The notes under the pieces are model-generated. The model was given only the letters and a program-made list of their open reading frames with translations. It did no database searches and was not told where the DNA came from. Of a DNA stretch of 64,000 nucleotides, positions 35,975-45,758 are shown piece after piece. The stretch comes from a virus. Made by a program: the position numbers and the translations under genes. Numbering within the stretch: the first letter of the stretch is position 1; every line of letters starts with the position of its first letter. The DNA lies in IMG/VR virus record IMGVR_UViG_3300029489_000102. One strand, written 5' to 3'.

Positions 35975-36303
35975 TCGATTTCTACCTCGTCAAAACCGGA
36001 GAGGTCGTCTTCAGTGACACCGAGCCGACGGTTCATTTCCTCTTCGGAAATCAAGGTAGAAGGGTCAAAGTGCGCCATACGTTCAGAGGCGACCGCCAAA
36101 AGGCGAGCGTCATTCAGTTCGTCCATCAGGCGGACATACTCGTCAGGAGAGATAAGGACACACTCCGCAGTGTTGTTCTTCATGACAACCTTTGCACCAC
36201 ACTGCTTAACCTCATCAAAAATCTTGCCGGCAAGCCCTCGATTAAACTGGGTGATAGGAACGGTATTGGTGATTGCACTCATAACAGATGCCATAATTGT
36301 CAA
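35971..36303 (-). CDS. phd: type II antitoxin Phd/YefM family
   Basis: Upstream partner of relE. NNTAECVLISPDEYVRLMDELNDARL matches the Phd/YefM core. Confidence 0.7.
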   Translation of the reverse strand: MTIMASVMSAITNTVPITQFNRGLAGKIFDEVKQCGAKVVMKNNTAECVLISPDEYVRLMDELNDARLLAVASERMAHFDPSTLISEEEMNRRLGVTEDDLSGFDEVEIE

Positions 36304-36487
36304 CTCCTTTCTTCACTTGCATTATAGCATGGGTTTGCGAAAACGTCAACAAGAACATCGACTTATTTGTTTACAAATATATTATATGCAAGTCGGTCGG
36401 ATTTGATACTGACTATAATATTTCTTTGGCCTATTCGCCTTGTGCGGATGGGCCTTTACTTATGCCCCGAAGGAGGTGGTTATCCGC

Positions 36488-39400
36488 ATGGCATCCAGAA
36501 TCGCAGGCATTACCGTTGAGATCGGCGGCGATACTACAAAACTTTCCAAGGCACTGGAAAGCGTCAACAAAACCATCAAAACAACGCAGTCTGAGCTGAA
36601 GGATGTCAACAAGCTCCTGAAACTGGACCCCTCCAACACCGAGGCTGTCACCCAGAAGCAGAGGATGCTGAAGGAGGCTATCGAAGCCACCAAGGAGAAG
36701 CTCACCACCTTAAAGACGGCGGCAGAGCAGGCCAACCAGCAGCTTGCAGATGGCAAGATCACGCAGGACCAGTACGATGCACTCCAGCGTGAGATCGTGG
36801 AGACGGAGCAGAACCTCAAATCCCTGCAGGAACAGGCGGCGGTAACCAATACGACCCTTGCCAAGATCGATGCGGTGGGGGAAAAGCTCCAGACGGTCGG
36901 CTCTCAGGTCGAGGGTGTGGGTAAGAAGTTCCTGCCGGTCACAGCGGCGGTTACTGGCTTAGGCACAGCGGCGGTGAAGACCGCAGCAGACTTCGACCAG
37001 GAGATGAGTAAGGTCGCCGCCATTTCCGGCGCGACTGGCTCTGACTTTGATTCCCTGCGTGAAAAAGCCCGTGAGATGGGTGCCAAGACTAAGTTTTCAG
37101 CCTCCGAAGCAGCCTCCGCTATGGAATACATGGCGATGGCCGGCTGGAAGACCGGGGATATGCTGGATGGTATCGAGGGCATCATGAACCTTGCTGCTGC
37201 ATCCGGTGAGGACTTGGCGACCACCTCGGATATTGTCACGGATGCCTTGACCGCCTTTGGTCTGTCGGCTGCGGATTCCGGTCACTTTGCGGACATCCTT
37301 GCGGCGGCATCGTCCAATGCAAACACCAACGTCAGCATGATGGGCGAGACCTTCAAGTACTGTGCGCCTATCGCCGGTGCGCTGGGTTTCAGCGCAGAGG
37401 ACACCGCAGAAGCCATCGGCCTCATGGCAAACAGCGGTATCAAGGCATCACAGGCAGGTACTTCGCTGCGATCCATCATGAACAACCTTGCTGGCGAAGT
37501 GACATTTGCAGGCAAGAACATCGGCGAGGTCACTATCGCCACCAGCAATGCGGACGGCAGCATGAGAAGCCTGAACGATATCCTTGCGGACTGCCGTGTG
37601 GCGTTCTCCGGTCTGACCGAATCCGAAAAGGCAGCCAATGCCGAATCGCTGGTCGGCAAGAACGCCATGTCCGGTTTCCTTGCCCTGATGAATGCCGGCG
37701 AAGGTGACATCGACAAGCTCCGTGGTGCCATCGAGAACTGTGACGGTTCTGCGGAGAGCATGGCAGAAACCATGCAGGACAACTTAAATGGTCAGCTCAC
37801 CATTCTGAAATCTCAGTTGGAAGAGCTGGCTATTTCTTTTGGCGACCTCCTGATGCCCACCATCCGCAAGATCGTGTCGGCGGTGCAGGCATTCGTGGAC
37901 AAGCTCAACAGCATGGATGACAGCACCAGAGAAACCATCCTCAAGGTGGCGGCTCTGGCTGCGGCCATCGGTCCGCTGCTCATTGTACTGGGAAAGACCA
38001 TATCGACAGTTGGTACGGCTCTGCGAGGATTCAGTTCGCTGGCAAAGGGCATCCGACTGCTCTCCACCCGGGTGGGCGGTGCAACCGGACTGTTCGGTAA
38101 GCTGGGCGCAGCACTCGGTGGGGTCTCGGCGCCGGTTATGGCGGTCGTAGCCGTCATCGGTACGCTGGTCGCTGCCTTCATGCACCTCTGGAACACCAAT
38201 GAGGAGTTCCGCACCGCCATCACCAACATCTGGAACGGAATCGTCGAAAAGGTGCGCGGCTTCTGCGACCAACTGACCCAGCGGCTCAATGCCCTCGGCT
38301 TTGACTTCAAGGATATCGTCGAGGTGCTGAAAGCAGTCTGGGATGGATTCTGTCAGGTGTTGGCTCCTGTGTTCGAGGGTGCCTTTCAGGTCGTGTCCAC
38401 TGTACTGGGAACGGTCCTCGATACCCTTATTGGTCTGTTCGATGTTTTCTCCAATCTGTTCCAGGGCAACTGGAGCGGCGCATGGGAGGCAGTCAAGGGC
38501 ATTTTCTCCGGCATCTGGAACGGCATCAAGTCTATCTTCTCTACGGTGCTGAACACCTTGAAGGGTGTAGCAGATGTGTTCCTCGGCTGGTTCGGTACGG
38601 ACTGGAACACCGTTTGGGAAAGCGTCAAGGGCTTCTTTGAGGGGATCTGGACAGGAATCAGCGATTTCTTCTCCGGCATCCTGACGGGCATCCAGACCAC
38701 AGCATCTACCGTCTGGAATGGAATCTCGGCATTTTTCACGGGCGTTTGGACGGGGATCAAGGATTTCTTCGAGGGTATCTGGAACGGCATCGTCTCGTTC
38801 TTCACGGGTAAAACCGGTGAGATGGACGAGAACGCACAGTCGACATTCACCGGAATCTCGGATTTCCTTGGCGGTATCCTGACCGGCTTGCAGACGGTAT
38901 TCTCTACGGTCTGGGAGGCAATCTCCGGCGTGGTCAGCGGGGTTATGGATGCAATCTCGGCCGTCATCTCGACGGTCATGAGCGTGATCTCCGGCGACTG
39001 GTCTACAGCCTGGGAGAACATCAAGTCGGCGGCATCGACTGTGTGGGAGGGCATTTCGGGTGTCATTTCCGGCGCGTGGGAGGGAATCTCCTCCTTTGTG
39101 TCCAGCGCGGTTGAGACGCTCGGCTCTGGGCTTTCGACTGCATGGACGGGCATCCAGACAACTGCCTCATCTGCGTGGGATGGCATCAAGGGTGCGATCT
39201 CTACAGTTTGGGACGGTATCCAGTCCGGCGTGACCTCGGCGGTAGAAACGGTGGCCACCGGGCTGTCTGGGGCATGGGAAGGCATCCAGTCTACGGCAAG
39301 CACTGCGTGGGAGGGTATCAAGTCCGGCATCTCTAGCGCATGGGAAGGAATCTCCGGATTCTTTGGTGGTATCTGGGATGCCATCACCGGCAAGACCAGT

Positions 39401-42313
39401 GACTCTACCACCCAGATGAAAACGGATACCTCTAACGCATGGTCCGGTGTGGAGGCGGAAGCCCAGACCGCATGGTCGGGTGTGTCTACCTCCGTATCGA
39501 CTGCCTGTACTGGCATGGCACAGTCTGTGACGACCCAGATCGACAGCATCAAGGCATCCATGTCGGCAGCGTGGTCCGGCATCGCTTCGGATACCACTAC
39601 GGCATGGAATGCGGTCAAGACCAACCTCACTACGGCATGGACCGGAATTACGACTTTCGTGACAACCAGCCTGAACAGTGTGAAGACCGCAGTGACGAAC
39701 GGCTGGACACAGCTTCGTTCCCTGACGGTATCCAGCTGGTCCAGCATCCAGTCGAGCCTGACGGCAAGCTGGAATTCCATTAAAACGGCAAGCACCACAG
39801 CCGTGAACGCAGTGAAGACTTCCGTTACCAATGGATGGACAAACCTGCGCACGTTGACAACATCCAGTTGGAGTTCCATCCAAACGGCACTGAACACGAG
39901 CTGGAACAGCATCAAGAGTGCGACAACAGCATCGGTCAACGCAGTGAAAACTTCCGTCACGACCGGGTGGACGAATCTGCGAAGTTTGACAACGTCCAGT
40001 TGGAATTCCATCCAGACCGTGCTGATTACGAGCTGGAACAGCATCAAGAGTGCAACCACCAGCTCAGTCAATGCGGTCAAGAGTTCCGTCACGGCGGGAT
40101 GGAACAACCTCCGCAGCCTGACCAGCAGCAGTTGGTCGAGCATCCAGTCGGTACTCAGTTCCAGCTGGAACACCATCCGCAGCACGGCATCTTCGGCTGT
40201 GAACGCAGTGAAGTCTACGGTTTCTTCGGGCTGGAACGGCGTGAAGTCCACGACTAGCTCTACCTTCTCCGGCGTGCAGTCGGTGGTGTCCGGTGCCATG
40301 TCCAATCTGCGCTCCACGGTCTCTTCCGGTGTGTCCAGCATCAAGAGCAACTTCAACTCTCTCAGCTCCATTGCTTCTTCGGCATACAGCTGGGGCAGTG
40401 ACATCTGCTCCCAGATGGCGGCCGGTGTTCGTGCGGCGGCAGGCTCGGTCGTCCGGGCCGCAGAGAACGTGGCAAGCAAAGTCAGAAGTCTGCTGCACTT
40501 CTCTGTGCCTGACACTGGCCCTCTGTCTGATGCGGACGAGTATATGCCTGACTTCATGAAGCTGCTGGCAAGCGGCATCAAGAAGAATCAAGACAAGGTC
40601 GTCAAGGCCGTCAAGACATTGTCTGGCTCCATGAAGACCAACCTGAACACGCCCGTGGGAGACATGGGCGACAAGGTGAAGTCGGTGGTGAGTGGCTTTG
40701 CCTCTACGATCAGCGGCAGCACAAGTAGAGTTCGGTCGGCTGCAAGCGGGCTGGCATCCGGCATCCGAACTGGGCTTATGAATGGTCTGGACGGCATGAC
40801 CAGCGAGTTTAGGTCTGTCTGGAGTGACCTTGAAAAGATCACCAAAACATCGGTTAGCAGCATGAGCGATGAAGTGAAGCAGGGATTCTCCGACATGAAG
40901 ACCTCTATCGGAGACTTGAGCGACCAGACCAGTTCTCTGGGCAACGCGATCCGCAGCCTCGGTGACACCTTCAACTCGGATTTCCTGAAAGGTCTGGGTG
41001 AGGGTATCAGTAAGGTGGGCGATACGGTCAGTACTGTCACCGGAATCGTGGACAAGCTCGGCTCCATGAAGAGTACCTTCGGCAGCTTGGGCGAGACGCT
41101 CACGAACCTCGGCAATGCACTGGGAACGGATGGCGGCGGTGGTCTGCTGTCGAAGATGGGGAGTTTCCTGTCGAAAATCGGCAACGCCGATGGCGGACAG
41201 ATCGTCTCGAACTTCGGCAATCTGATCTCCGGGCTGACCTCCAAGATGGGTGGTCTGGGACAAGGTGTCACCGGTGTCATCTCGAAGCTGGGCAGCCTTG
41301 GCAGCAGCGGAACCGGCATCTTGTCGAACCTCGGCAGCGTTGCGACTGGTGTTCTCTCCAAGCTCGGCGGTGTTGGCAGCAGCCTGTCCGGGCTGCTCTC
41401 CGGTGTAGGCTCCACGCTGGGCGGCATCGCTGGCTCAGCTGGTTCTGCGATTGCGGGGCTGTTCGGTTCTGTTGGAACAACGGTGTCTGGTCTTGCAGCC
41501 GGTGCAGGCAGTGCATTGGCTGGTATCGCTTCTTCGGCTGGCGGTGTGCTTGCCTCGGCAGGTACAGCACTGGCTGGTCTTGCTGGCCCTGCTGGTATTG
41601 CGGTGGCCGCAGTCGGCGGTGTCGGCCTTGGGCTGACCGCTCTCTGGAAGAACTGCGATGGTTTCCGTGAGGGCGTGACCAACATCTGGAATAAAGTCAC
41701 TTCTGTGTTCTCCAATGGTGTGACTGCCATTAAGAATGGCATCTCCAATGCGGCGTCTGCCATCGGCAATGTGGCATCCTCCATCTGGAGCGGCGTCAAG
41801 AACGTGGCTTCCTCGGCGGTGAACTGGGGCAAGGATGTGGTCAGCGGTATCGCTGGAGGCATCAAGAAAGGCGTGTCGTGGGTCGGCAATGCCGCCAAGA
41901 GCGTTGCAAACGGCATCCGCAGTTTCCTGCACTTCTCGGTGCCGGACGAAGGACCGCTGGCCGATGCCGACACCTATATGCCTGACTTCATGAAGCTGCT
42001 GACTGGAGGCATCAGGGACAGCGAGGGTGGTCTGCTGAAGCAGATCCGGTCTATGGCCTCTAAGGTTCAGCAGGGGATGGCGGGAATCTGCTCCTTCAGC
42101 CTGCCGGAGATCAATATGCCCCGGCTGAACACAAGCGGTTGGAATCTTCCGCAGGCTGCTCTGGCCGGCGGCGGAACAACAAAGAACACGAATCTGGGTG
42201 GCGTTCACATCACAGTGAACGGCTACAACGCCCGGAACGATAACGAACTGGCACAGATCGTGGCTGACAAGATCAATGAGATGATCGACCAGGACGATTC
42301 GGTCTATAAGTAA
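36488..42313 (+). CDS. tail tape measure protein (1,942 aa)
   Basis: ATG after GAAGGAGGTG. N-terminal coiled-coil, internal TM/Gly-rich segments, long tandem repeats, duplicated RSLLHFSVPDxGPL(S/A)DADxYMPDFMKLL motif. Confidence 0.9.
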   Translation: MASRIAGITVEIGGDTTKLSKALESVNKTIKTTQSELKDVNKLLKLDPSNTEAVTQKQRMLKEAIEATKEKLTTLKTAAEQANQQLADGKITQDQYDALQREIVETEQNLKSLQEQAAVTNTTLAKIDAVGEKLQTVGSQVEGVGKKFLPVTAAVTGLGTAAVKTAADFDQEMSKVAAISGATGSDFDSLREKAREMGAKTKFSASEAASAMEYMAMAGWKTGDMLDGIEGIMNLAAASGEDLATTSDIVTDALTAFGLSAADSGHFADILAAASSNANTNVSMMGETFKYCAPIAGALGFSAEDTAEAIGLMANSGIKASQAGTSLRSIMNNLAGEVTFAGKNIGEVTIATSNADGSMRSLNDILADCRVAFSGLTESEKAANAESLVGKNAMSGFLALMNAGEGDIDKLRGAIENCDGSAESMAETMQDNLNGQLTILKSQLEELAISFGDLLMPTIRKIVSAVQAFVDKLNSMDDSTRETILKVAALAAAIGPLLIVLGKTISTVGTALRGFSSLAKGIRLLSTRVGGATGLFGKLGAALGGVSAPVMAVVAVIGTLVAAFMHLWNTNEEFRTAITNIWNGIVEKVRGFCDQLTQRLNALGFDFKDIVEVLKAVWDGFCQVLAPVFEGAFQVVSTVLGTVLDTLIGLFDVFSNLFQGNWSGAWEAVKGIFSGIWNGIKSIFSTVLNTLKGVADVFLGWFGTDWNTVWESVKGFFEGIWTGISDFFSGILTGIQTTASTVWNGISAFFTGVWTGIKDFFEGIWNGIVSFFTGKTGEMDENAQSTFTGISDFLGGILTGLQTVFSTVWEAISGVVSGVMDAISAVISTVMSVISGDWSTAWENIKSAASTVWEGISGVISGAWEGISSFVSSAVETLGSGLSTAWTGIQTTASSAWDGIKGAISTVWDGIQSGVTSAVETVATGLSGAWEGIQSTASTAWEGIKSGISSAWEGISGFFGGIWDAITGKTSDSTTQMKTDTSNAWSGVEAEAQTAWSGVSTSVSTACTGMAQSVTTQIDSIKASMSAAWSGIASDTTTAWNAVKTNLTTAWTGITTFVTTSLNSVKTAVTNGWTQLRSLTVSSWSSIQSSLTASWNSIKTASTTAVNAVKTSVTNGWTNLRTLTTSSWSSIQTALNTSWNSIKSATTASVNAVKTSVTTGWTNLRSLTTSSWNSIQTVLITSWNSIKSATTSSVNAVKSSVTAGWNNLRSLTSSSWSSIQSVLSSSWNTIRSTASSAVNAVKSTVSSGWNGVKSTTSSTFSGVQSVVSGAMSNLRSTVSSGVSSIKSNFNSLSSIASSAYSWGSDICSQMAAGVRAAAGSVVRAAENVASKVRSLLHFSVPDTGPLSDADEYMPDFMKLLASGIKKNQDKVVKAVKTLSGSMKTNLNTPVGDMGDKVKSVVSGFASTISGSTSRVRSAASGLASGIRTGLMNGLDGMTSEFRSVWSDLEKITKTSVSSMSDEVKQGFSDMKTSIGDLSDQTSSLGNAIRSLGDTFNSDFLKGLGEGISKVGDTVSTVTGIVDKLGSMKSTFGSLGETLTNLGNALGTDGGGGLLSKMGSFLSKIGNADGGQIVSNFGNLISGLTSKMGGLGQGVTGVISKLGSLGSSGTGILSNLGSVATGVLSKLGGVGSSLSGLLSGVGSTLGGIAGSAGSAIAGLFGSVGTTVSGLAAGAGSALAGIASSAGGVLASAGTALAGLAGPAGIAVAAVGGVGLGLTALWKNCDGFREGVTNIWNKVTSVFSNGVTAIKNGISNAASAIGNVASSIWSGVKNVASSAVNWGKDVVSGIAGGIKKGVSWVGNAAKSVANGIRSFLHFSVPDEGPLADADTYMPDFMKLLTGGIRDSEGGLLKQIRSMASKVQQGMAGICSFSLPEINMPRLNTSGWNLPQAALAGGGTTKNTNLGGVHITVNGYNARNDNELAQIVADKINEMIDQDDSVYK
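39611..40290 (+). repeat. tandem 132-bp (44-aa) repeats inside the tape-measure gene (~5 copies; unit AVNAVKTSVTNGWTNLRTLTTSSWSSIQTALNTSWNSIKSATT)
   Basis: Read directly from the translation. Preceded by shorter 11-aa WxGI-type repeats (~38600-39400). Confidence 0.8.
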
Positions 42314-42317
42314 GAAG

Positions 42318-43103
42318 GTGATGCGTATGGGCTATTTGCCTGAGAAAAAGACAGTATCCCAGTTTGATTTGAAGGGCAGGTTTGCACGGCAGTATCTGTC
42401 CTTTGCCGGGAAGTCCAGCAAGGACTTCCTTTTATATTTGTCTGGACCCAGTGTGTACGATTCTCCGGCAGCGGATGTAGAAAGCACATCGGTCCCCGGC
42501 AGAAACGGAGACATCATCAGCGAGAATGCAAGGGCAGGTCGGCGGCGGTATCAGAATGTGGATATCAAGTATGAAGCGTTCTTCTTTAACGGTCTGCCCG
42601 CTAAGACCGCAACGGTCAAGTCGTGGCTGCTGTCTCCGGTCGGCTACCAGAAATTGCAGGATACCTATGACCCAGATTTCTTCCGGATGGCAGTTTGCAC
42701 CGAAGCGATGGAGTTCGATGTAACGGCGCAGAAAGCCGCAAAGATGGATCTGGTGTTCAATTGCAAGCCTCAGCGGTGGAGTGTGGAAGGACAGAGGACG
42801 GTACGGCTGGAAAGCCGGAGCAACCTCATGAACCCCTTCGCATTCCCGGCACAGCCCGTCTTCAAGGTCTACGGAGATTCGGGCGGTGTGCTGTATGTGG
42901 GCGATGAATCAATTACCATCCACAGCATTAAGGATTATGTCCTGCTGAACTGTGAGACGCACAATGCCTACAATGCGGGCGGCTTCTGCAATGAGACCAT
43001 CCTCTCGGATGATTTCCCGGAACTGCCGGCCGGAAAGACACAGATCGCATGGACGGGCGGTATCACAGCGGTGGAGGTGACTCCGCGCTGGTGGACGCTG
43101 TGA
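42318..43103 (+). CDS. distal tail protein (Dit)
   Basis: Position right after the tape-measure gene and size typical for siphovirus Dit. Confidence 0.65.
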   Translation: MMRMGYLPEKKTVSQFDLKGRFARQYLSFAGKSSKDFLLYLSGPSVYDSPAADVESTSVPGRNGDIISENARAGRRRYQNVDIKYEAFFFNGLPAKTATVKSWLLSPVGYQKLQDTYDPDFFRMAVCTEAMEFDVTAQKAAKMDLVFNCKPQRWSVEGQRTVRLESRSNLMNPFAFPAQPVFKVYGDSGGVLYVGDESITIHSIKDYVLLNCETHNAYNAGGFCNETILSDDFPELPAGKTQIAWTGGITAVEVTPRWWTL

Positions 43104-43121
43104 GGAAGGAGGTGGAGCGGG

Positions 43122-45062
43122 ATGATCCCTTGTCTGTATGCATCCATGGAGTCTAAGTTTGACAACAATGGCATCGGCAAGATGGCAGATGCACAGTCCT
43201 GCATCGTGACGGAAAAACGAAACGGCAGCTTTGAGCTGGAGATGGTCTACCCAGCAGATGGTATCCATGCGGATCAGCTGGAAGAAGGGAGCATCATCCT
43301 TGCAAAGCCATCCGACACAGGCAGATCGCAGCCGTTCCGTATCTACAAAATCGCAACGCCGATTGATGGCAAGCTGACTGTCAAGGCAAGGCACATCTCG
43401 TATCAGCTAAACTTTATTACGGTTTCTCCTTTTGCCACGACCGGCTGCACCGGTGCGCTGGCGGGGCTGGGAAACCACGCGGCATCCGAGTGCCCCTTTG
43501 AGGTCTGGACGGATATCTCCTCCAGCGCCTCTTTTCGGCTCTCGGTGCCGTCCTCTTTTCGGAACTGCCTCGGCGGTATCGACGGCTCGGTGCTGGACAC
43601 CTTTGGCGGAGAGTACGAGTGGGACCGATACACGGTCAAGCTCCATCATCACCGGGGCTCAGACCACGGCGTGCATATCGTTTACGGCAAAAACCTCATC
43701 GACTTCAAGATGGAGAAGAACATTGAGAGCGTCATCACGGGTGTACATCCGTACTGGCAGAATTCCGAGACCGGCGAGGTGACGGAGTTGCCGGAGAAGG
43801 TGGTGCTGGTGGAGCAGCGGTCAGTTCCGTACCAGAAGATCACGGTACTAGATTGCACTAGTGGATTTCAGGATAAGCCCACGGATGAGATGATGCGCTC
43901 TTTTGCACAGGATTATCTGAAGAACACCAGCCTGACCGAGCCGCAGGTGGATATCGACATCGACTTTATCCAGCTCTGGAATACCCCGGACTATGAGGAT
44001 GTGGTGGAAGCGGAGCAGGTGAGTCTGTGCGATACCGTCCATGTGTTTATTTCCAAGCTCGGCATCGAGGTCAGCTCCAAGGTGACCGAAACACAATACG
44101 ACTGTCTGCTGGAACGGTACGATGGCATTACGCTGTCGAACTCTACGGTCAGCAGCCGGAACTCGTCTTTGACTACAGCACTGAGCAACATCCGAAACAC
44201 AGCCAATGAAGCCTACAACACCGCGCTCCGTGTGGAAACCAGCATGGGTGAGCAGATCGGCGGCATTTCCGTGTCGATGGTCTATGACGGCACCCTGCTG
44301 GCCGGCCTGTTCGGTCTGCACTACCAGAACGTGACCGAGGTGAACGGCGAAACCGTGCGGTATGCCTTCAATGCCGGGTCACTGGCAAAGTCTACCTTTG
44401 CGTGGAAAAACAGCCCAGCGGGATTTTTCATTTCCACGGACGGCGGAAAAACATGGGGCTATGGCTGGGAAAAAGACGATTCCCCGGTCAAGACGGCGTT
44501 GCTGCTGGAGAACACTCTGCAGGAGCTGGATGAACGCTATAAGAAAGCCGGAGAACTGACTGAAGAACTGCTCGACCAGTTGGATGAGCGGTATAAGACG
44601 GCATCCGCCTTGTCGGAAGAACTCATCAAAAGCCTGGACGCACGCTACGGTACGGCAGATAAGCTGTCCGAGGTGCTGCTTGCACAGTTGGATGAACGAT
44701 ATAAAACCGCGTCTGCCTTGTCAGAAGAGCTGATTAAAAAGCTGGACGAGCGGTACGGAACAGCGGATAAGCTGTCCGAAACGTTGCTTGCGAAACTGGA
44801 TGAGCGGTATGCTCCGCCCATCTGTGCGCAGGAGGCAGCACCAAAGAATCCGAAAACGAATGCACTCTGGATCGATACAACCGCCCTGCGGCTGAAGCTG
44901 TGGGACGGAGAAATTTGGCAGACGGTAGGCTATGAGCCGACAACGCCTGAGCCCGATCCGGATACCCCGACAGAGGGAGGAGGCGAAGAAGATGGCAAAC
45001 AGGAAGGCGAAAGCAGTGGTACAGACAGCGGAGGAACCGGCGCAGGAGGCACTGGTGACTAA
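43122..45062 (+). CDS. tail-associated lysin / tail tip protein (Tal, prophage-tail endopeptidase family) with C-terminal heptad/20-aa repeats
   Basis: N-terminal gp27-like region conserved in Tal proteins. C-terminal LDERYKTASALSEELIKxLDxRYGTADKLSE repeats (44524-44815). Confidence 0.7.
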   Translation: MIPCLYASMESKFDNNGIGKMADAQSCIVTEKRNGSFELEMVYPADGIHADQLEEGSIILAKPSDTGRSQPFRIYKIATPIDGKLTVKARHISYQLNFITVSPFATTGCTGALAGLGNHAASECPFEVWTDISSSASFRLSVPSSFRNCLGGIDGSVLDTFGGEYEWDRYTVKLHHHRGSDHGVHIVYGKNLIDFKMEKNIESVITGVHPYWQNSETGEVTELPEKVVLVEQRSVPYQKITVLDCTSGFQDKPTDEMMRSFAQDYLKNTSLTEPQVDIDIDFIQLWNTPDYEDVVEAEQVSLCDTVHVFISKLGIEVSSKVTETQYDCLLERYDGITLSNSTVSSRNSSLTTALSNIRNTANEAYNTALRVETSMGEQIGGISVSMVYDGTLLAGLFGLHYQNVTEVNGETVRYAFNAGSLAKSTFAWKNSPAGFFISTDGGKTWGYGWEKDDSPVKTALLLENTLQELDERYKKAGELTEELLDQLDERYKTASALSEELIKSLDARYGTADKLSEVLLAQLDERYKTASALSEELIKKLDERYGTADKLSETLLAKLDERYAPPICAQEAAPKNPKTNALWIDTTALRLKLWDGEIWQTVGYEPTTPEPDPDTPTEGGGEEDGKQEGESSGTDSGGTGAGGTGD

Positions 45063-45741
45063 GTCGTTCACGGTGTTTCAGGACGTGGAACTGTCATTCA
45101 CAGAGAATCTGATCCCGACCCACATCCCGGTCAAGCAGTACGACAACCAAGCCCGAAAAGTGCGGTGTCGGCTGTATCAGAACTCGCTGGAGTATAAGGT
45201 CAGTAAGGACACCATCGTCAGCTACTCGGCTACTCGGCCGGACGGTGCAGTGTTTCAGTATTCCAGTGAGACCCGCCCGGACCTTGTGTTCGTAGATGAC
45301 GGTGCGGTCATCCTGACGGTCACATCCTTTATGACCGAAGTATACGGCAGGTTCCCGATTGACATCTACCTTCTGTCCGATGAGGGAGATGTGATCGGTT
45401 CGTTCAGTCTGGTGCTGAATGTGGCTCGTGCAGCGGTCAAGAACGGCAAGATCGCCACGCTGACCTATAAGCAGGCGTTGGATGCTGCCGCCAAGGGCAT
45501 CCTGGAATTCCTCATCACCGATGACGGATACCTCGTGATGCGCTCGGACGATAAGCTTGGACTGGCGCAGGGGTCTGTGTCCAGCACCATTGATAAAGTG
45601 GCGAAGGATATCGCGGAAGGCATGGTCACCTCGTCCATCAATATGGATGGACATTTGGTGTTCCAGAGCTGGGATGCGCTGGGTCTGATTTTTGAGATGG
45701 ACGATGAGGGACACCTCATCGTGAGATACAACGAGGCGTAA
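44992..45741 (+). CDS. hypothetical tail/baseplate protein
   Basis: ORF overlapping the Tal 3' end in another frame. Beta-rich composition. Confidence 0.45.
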   Translation: MANRKAKAVVQTAEEPAQEALVTKSFTVFQDVELSFTENLIPTHIPVKQYDNQARKVRCRLYQNSLEYKVSKDTIVSYSATRPDGAVFQYSSETRPDLVFVDDGAVILTVTSFMTEVYGRFPIDIYLLSDEGDVIGSFSLVLNVARAAVKNGKIATLTYKQALDAAAKGILEFLITDDGYLVMRSDDKLGLAQGSVSSTIDKVAKDIAEGMVTSSINMDGHLVFQSWDALGLIFEMDDEGHLIVRYNEA

Positions 45742-45758
45742 GCCGGAAAGGAACTAGA

